Assembly (NCBI GenBank): GCA_965225855.1 | Contig: CBDDCK010000004.1 | Location: forward strand, 192,001 to 256,000 | Source of the DNA: Spirochaetia bacterium | Lineage (GTDB): Bacteria; Spirochaetota; Spirochaetia; SP-2023 | Direction: 5' to 3' | Length of the DNA stretch: 64,000 bases | Part shown: piece by piece, positions 59,745 through 64,000 of the stretch | Layout of the letters: every line of letters starts with the position of its first letter | Numbering within the stretch: the first letter of the stretch is position 1 | Translations under genes and position numbers: made by a program | The notes under the pieces: generated by a model | What the model was told of the DNA's origin: nothing | Databases searched by the model: none | The model's input: only the letters and a program-made list of their open reading frames with translations

Positions 59745-60070
59745 CACTAGCATTAGTCAGAGGTAGAGAGTAGTGCTAGCTAGAAGTTGTCGAAAGGTTG
59801 ACTAAAATAACTAGGCAAAGATATGCCAATTTTATGCCCATTTGGTGGGCTTTTAGTGTAGAGTTTTGGTCGGCGATAGCCAAATAACTTACTATTTTGG
59901 GCATATTTTATCTAAAAAATACTTGACTTATTACCCCAAAAAAACGATATAATGCACTGTAGGTTTTGTATAAAGCCTAATTATTAAATTTAATGTAAGG
60001 TAATTGCTTAAATAGGCAATATGCTTGGATTAGATTATACAATGGAAAACAAGACTGCAGTTGCAAAGGT
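59745..60070 (+). repeat. ~330-bp unit A (upstream region + first 10 codons of dynamin-like gene), repeated at 62461-62792
   Basis: CTAGCATTAGTCA ... ATGGAAA.CAAGACTGCAGTTGCAAAGGT in both copies. Confidence 0.9.
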
Positions 60071-62362
60071 ACAAGATTCTGCTATAGCTATTTTGGATAA
60101 ATTTACAGGTGTATGTACAACCTACCAACAACAGCATAGCGAAAGGTATGAAGATAAAGAGCATAAGGATTATAAAGACGAACAAGCCAAGATAACGGAA
60201 GTTCTTACATGGATAAAAACAGAACGAGATAAAGTACAAGACATGGAGTTTTCTATTGGCACCATGAAAGCTGGTAAATCTACGGTAATTAATTCTATTG
60301 TGGGCTATGATATTGCGCCTATCAAAAGTTATAATGGCAATGAACAATGGTTAGCGGAACAACACTTGAAGCAAACTTACCAAGACTTGGACAAAGTAGT
60401 GAAAGAAATATCTCCAATAATCAAAGAGTCGCAGAAGATAAAACAAGACCATTACTTGGCTAAATGACGTTTGCCGTATTGCCAAAATATTTGCAGAATA
60501 TTTAGAAAGCAAGAGGCTTGATAAGTTAATTACCGATTTACTACAGGCAGATATGTTGCGCATAGAATTGGCTTTCTTTTGTTTGAAGGATAGCTCCAAT
60601 TCTATTGGCAAGCTTTCCCTTTACGATACCGCAGGCTTTAATGAAGCATTACTAAATAAGGAATTAGAGCTTGCCACTAAGCATTTACTGAGCGATTCTT
60701 CCGCAATTGTTTATGTTGTCGATGCATCACAATCAGGTACAAAGGCCGAGTCTGACTTGAAGGGATGGGTAAAAGAAGGTAGAGAAGTCTATATCTGTGC
60801 CAATAAAAAAGATCAATATAAAGATGTGAGTGAAGGTAACGTCGATACTACCTTAGAGCAAAATAACCTAAGGAAATACAAAGAGTGTGTCCCTAACTTG
60901 AAAGAGAAAGATATATTCCCCACCAATTCAAGAATAGGGCTTTTCAGTAGTAAGCTGCAACAATATTTTCGCCTACATGAGTGCTACCCAAAACCAAGAC
61001 CGGCTGACCAAAATAACCCCATGGCTGAAATCATAAAAGAATGTTTTGGAAAACCAAAATTAAAGAACTTTGACTCTAATAAATGGCGGTTATCTGAACA
61101 AGAGAGCAATGCCTTTACAGAATATCTAATAGATGAATATAGTGGCTCTGGTATACCCAGCCTTATTAATATTGTGTTTGTAGAGACTGCCAACAATATT
61201 ATACAGAAGGTCTTTGAAAATTTTGATTGCTGGCTTACTCAAGTGGTAAAAGATTTCGAGGGGAACTTACAAACATATCAAGACGGCCTAGAGAAAGATT
61301 TAGAAGAACTACGTAATGACATAGCAATGTTGGAGAGGCTGATAGAGGATACAAACTTGGCATCAAATTCTGCCCAACAGCTTCCTGTTAAGATCAAGGG
61401 CATATTATCTACTGAATTAGGTAATATTACAACAGAAATTAAAAGGCGGGTATTAGAGGAATTCAATAAGGTTTCCGATAGTAATACTAAAGTCAATGAT
61501 GATATAAACCAAATCATGTCTAGCACTGATGGGAATGATAGTAAGTTTAAAAAAATTCCTTTAGTTTTCCTTCTTCGATGTTAAAAAAAGAGTTCAAAGA
61601 CTGGATAAGTCTGGGAATAGCACTGGTGAACATGATAAATAGTGGTAGTTTAAGTTCCGAAAATATAGAAGAGATTCGTAAAAAGAATGAGGATTTTAAA
61701 ATTCTTGTCAACGCTATTGTGTCATCTCTAAAGGAAGATTTAGAAGAAAAACTCAAGGAAAATAATGATAGATTTAAAGGGATAATAAACGAAAAAGTTC
61801 GCCCCTTGCAAGAACAATTGAATAAGATAGGGAATCAATTTGCAGAGTTTATGAAGGATAATTATAGCAATGTGCGTTTCAAAGCACCGAAATTTAGTAT
61901 ACCATTACCAAAAGTCAACATTGGTGCTATGGATGATTTTATGTACAGTCATTCAAGATACGTACCTAAGAGCGGGGTTTTAAATCTTCTTAAACGTATT
62001 CCTGGTTGGATATTTGGGAAGCCTTGGGGTAGGGAAGAGATTACTGAGTATACTTTTGATGGTCAGAAAGCAAAGAAGCAATTTGAGCGCTCAATTAATG
62101 AATGTTTAAAGGGTATAAAAGATGGTTTGCTAACTTATGTGGAAGAGGATTTAACAGAGGAAATTCGCAAGGTTTGCTCTAGCTTAGAAAATCAATTAGG
62201 TGATAAACTCAGAGCCATTGCTTCAGCACTTACCGATACTCAAATTCCAAATAAAGAAAAAATTGAAGAAGCAAAAAAAATACACAAACTTTGCTTACAA
62301 CCTTAGAAAGTATTGAAACGGAAATACCAGAATTTAGGAAAGAAGCGGAAAAGATAAGATAA
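60042..62362 (+). pseudogene. bacterial dynamin-like GTPase (CrfC/YjdA-like), fragmented
   Basis: G1 GTMKAGKST, G3 YDTAG, G4 NKKD, coiled-coil tail; stop at 60465, frameshifts near 61550 and 62280. Confidence 0.8.
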
Positions 62363-62374
62363 GGTTGGGCTCAA

Positions 62375-62405
62375 AGTCTAGGTGGCAATCACTTAGACTA
62401 TTTTT
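62375..62405 (+). terminator. intrinsic terminator (unit B), repeated at ~62809-62839
   Basis: AGTCTAGGTG-GCAAT-CACTTAGACT-ATTTTT; second copy AGGCTAGGTG-GCAAT-CACCTAGCCT with compensatory change. Confidence 0.7.
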
Positions 62406-62460
62406 ATATAGTCTTATGATTAGTTTGTTCTAGCTTTGTATTAAAGAGCAATTACAGACT

Positions 62461-62892
62461 GCGACTAGCATTAGTCATAGGTTGCGAGTAGTATTAGCTA
62501 GAGTTTGTCGAAATTTTGAATGAAATAGCTAGGCTAAGATATGACCTTGATTTTATGCCATTTTGGTGGTATTTGAGGTACGTTATTTCTAGCGCTAGCC
62601 AAATAATTTTCTATTTGGGTTATATTTTATCTAAAAATACTTTAATTATTACTAAAAAACCGATTTAATGCAATGTAGGTTTTTTATAAAGTTTATATTA
62701 GATTTAATGTAAGGCAATAGGTAATTGCTTAAATAGGCAATATGTTTGGATTAGAGTTATACAATGGAAATCAAGACTGCAGTTGCAAAGGTTGTTTTAA
62801 AGGTTCAAAGGCTAGGTGGCAATCACCTAGCCTATTTTTATATAGGCTTATGATTAGTTTGTTCTAGCTTTGTATTAAGGAGCAATTGCAGA
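62461..62892 (+). repeat. second, gene-less copy of unit A + unit B
   Basis: Diverged direct repeat of 59745-60070 joined to a repeat of 62370-62458. Confidence 0.88.
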
Positions 62893-63621
62893 ATGAATAA
62901 TGAAAGTAATGTTTTAGCAGGTATAGACAATGCCATAGCTAAGCATTTATATATAGTAGCCACTCCCTTGGGCAATTTGCGCGACATTAGTTTAAGGGCT
63001 TTGGACATACTTGCTTCAGTTGATATTATCGCCTGTGAAAGCTTGGCGCGCTCTAAAAATTTACTGCGTGAATATGGCATTCAGCCACAGCAGCTAGTGG
63101 TTTGCCAAGCAGGCAACGAAGCTGCCAGTGCCGAAGGTTTGGTCAAACTATTAAAACAAGGGCACAGCATAGCATATATCAGTGATGCAGGAACCCCTGG
63201 TATTAGTGACCCGGGTACCAAACTTGTTGCTAGAGTAAAGCAAGCTGGCTTTGTTATAAAAGCCCTTCCGGGCCCTTCTGCCTTGACATTGATTGCAAGC
63301 TTAGCAGGTTACCCTTGTAAACCATTAGCTTTTATCGGTTTTTTAAGTACAAAAAACGGGCGAAGGAGGCTTGAACTACAGCATTGGCTAGAACAAGAGC
63401 ATTGCTTTGTATTGTATGAGTCGCCATTTCGTATTATTTCTACTTTAAAAGAGTTAGCGAGTTTGGCGCCCAAGCGCAAGATATTTTTAGGGCGTGAAAT
63501 GACAAAAAAAAGCGAACAGTTTTTATCAGGAACTTCCGATTATATACTAAGTCATCTGGAAGCCGTTAGCTTTTCTATTCGTGGGGAATTTACTTTGTTT
63601 ATTGCAGCGGAATCAGTGTGA
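62893..63621 (+). CDS. rsmI: 16S rRNA (cytidine1402-2'-O)-methyltransferase
   Basis: LYIVATPLGNLRDI, SDAGTPGISDPG, YESPFR, REMTK, GEF. Confidence 0.95.
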   Translation: MNNESNVLAGIDNAIAKHLYIVATPLGNLRDISLRALDILASVDIIACESLARSKNLLREYGIQPQQLVVCQAGNEAASAEGLVKLLKQGHSIAYISDAGTPGISDPGTKLVARVKQAGFVIKALPGPSALTLIASLAGYPCKPLAFIGFLSTKNGRRRLELQHWLEQEHCFVLYESPFRIISTLKELASLAPKRKIFLGREMTKKSEQFLSGTSDYILSHLEAVSFSIRGEFTLFIAAESV

Positions 63622-63683
63622 TAACCTTGAGTTAAAGAGGTTGATTTTCGCAAGGATTGCGATTTGCAAGGAAGAGATTTATT

Positions 63684-63983
63684 ATGCCTATTGATAAGAT
63701 TGGTTCTACAGAGAGTTATGCTCCTGTTAAGCGAAGTTTTGCAAAGCCTAAACCTCAGTTGCGGCAAATTAGACAAGATACAATTAGCTTAACTCAGACA
63801 GCAAAACAGAATGCGGAACTATTGAGAATTCATGATTTGGCGATGGCTGCTCCTGATATACGTATGGAAAAAGTTATAGAATTGCGGGATAAGCTTCAAA
63901 TCCCTTCTTATCCCGATCACGCTATTATTGCTAGCTTGGCAGATCGCTTGTCTGAATTATTTATAGGGACTGGACAAGATTAG
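63684..63983 (+). CDS. flgM: anti-sigma28 factor FlgM
   Basis: DTISLT...APDIRMEKVIELRDKL..SY...IASLADRL. Confidence 0.8.
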   Translation: MPIDKIGSTESYAPVKRSFAKPKPQLRQIRQDTISLTQTAKQNAELLRIHDLAMAAPDIRMEKVIELRDKLQIPSYPDHAIIASLADRLSELFIGTGQD

Positions 63984-64000
63984 AAAGAATTTTGGCGTAA

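Noticed and set aside
63622..63683. sigma28 promoter for flgM
   Set aside because: TAAA present but no convincing GCCGATAA at the right spacing
68..63776. Numerous short antisense or overlapping ORFs in the track
   Set aside because: Shadows of well-supported genes with no independent motifs

Overview
AT-rich bacterial chromosomal window, most likely from a spirochete (inferred from the rsmI-flgM adjacency, spirochete-style FlgM and short ThrRS, many lipoproteins and CsgG-like domains). Intact housekeeping blocks (recO; DHH, nqrF-like, nfu, thrS, cdaA-cdaR, rpiB, rluB, prfA; rsmI, flgM) alternate with accessory DNA. The accessory DNA includes an L-rhamnose operon and a tetronate (otnK-otnC-otnI-ltnD) / sugar-ABC / DUF3500 / lactonase island. 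It also holds two inverted paralogous repeat-rich surface lipoprotein genes, restriction-modification remnants, an IS1595 remnant and many decayed genes (nitroreductase, SDR, DUF285 lipoprotein, trpA, dynamin-like GTPase). The most interesting unannotated signal is an 18-aa Cys-rich leader peptide with an overlapping antiterminator/terminator upstream of a TcyP-like cystine symporter, an apparent cysteine-sensing transcription attenuator. Also notable are an inverted pair of surface lipoproteins with a hypervariable strand face, a shared 3' UTR and a slippage-prone promoter, and a signal-peptide cassette reused on an unrelated passenger. A dispersed element built of 22-bp subunits and a tandem 'full + empty' dynamin-like locus are also present. 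No rRNA, tRNA or CRISPR array was recognised. All calls are by eye, without database searches.
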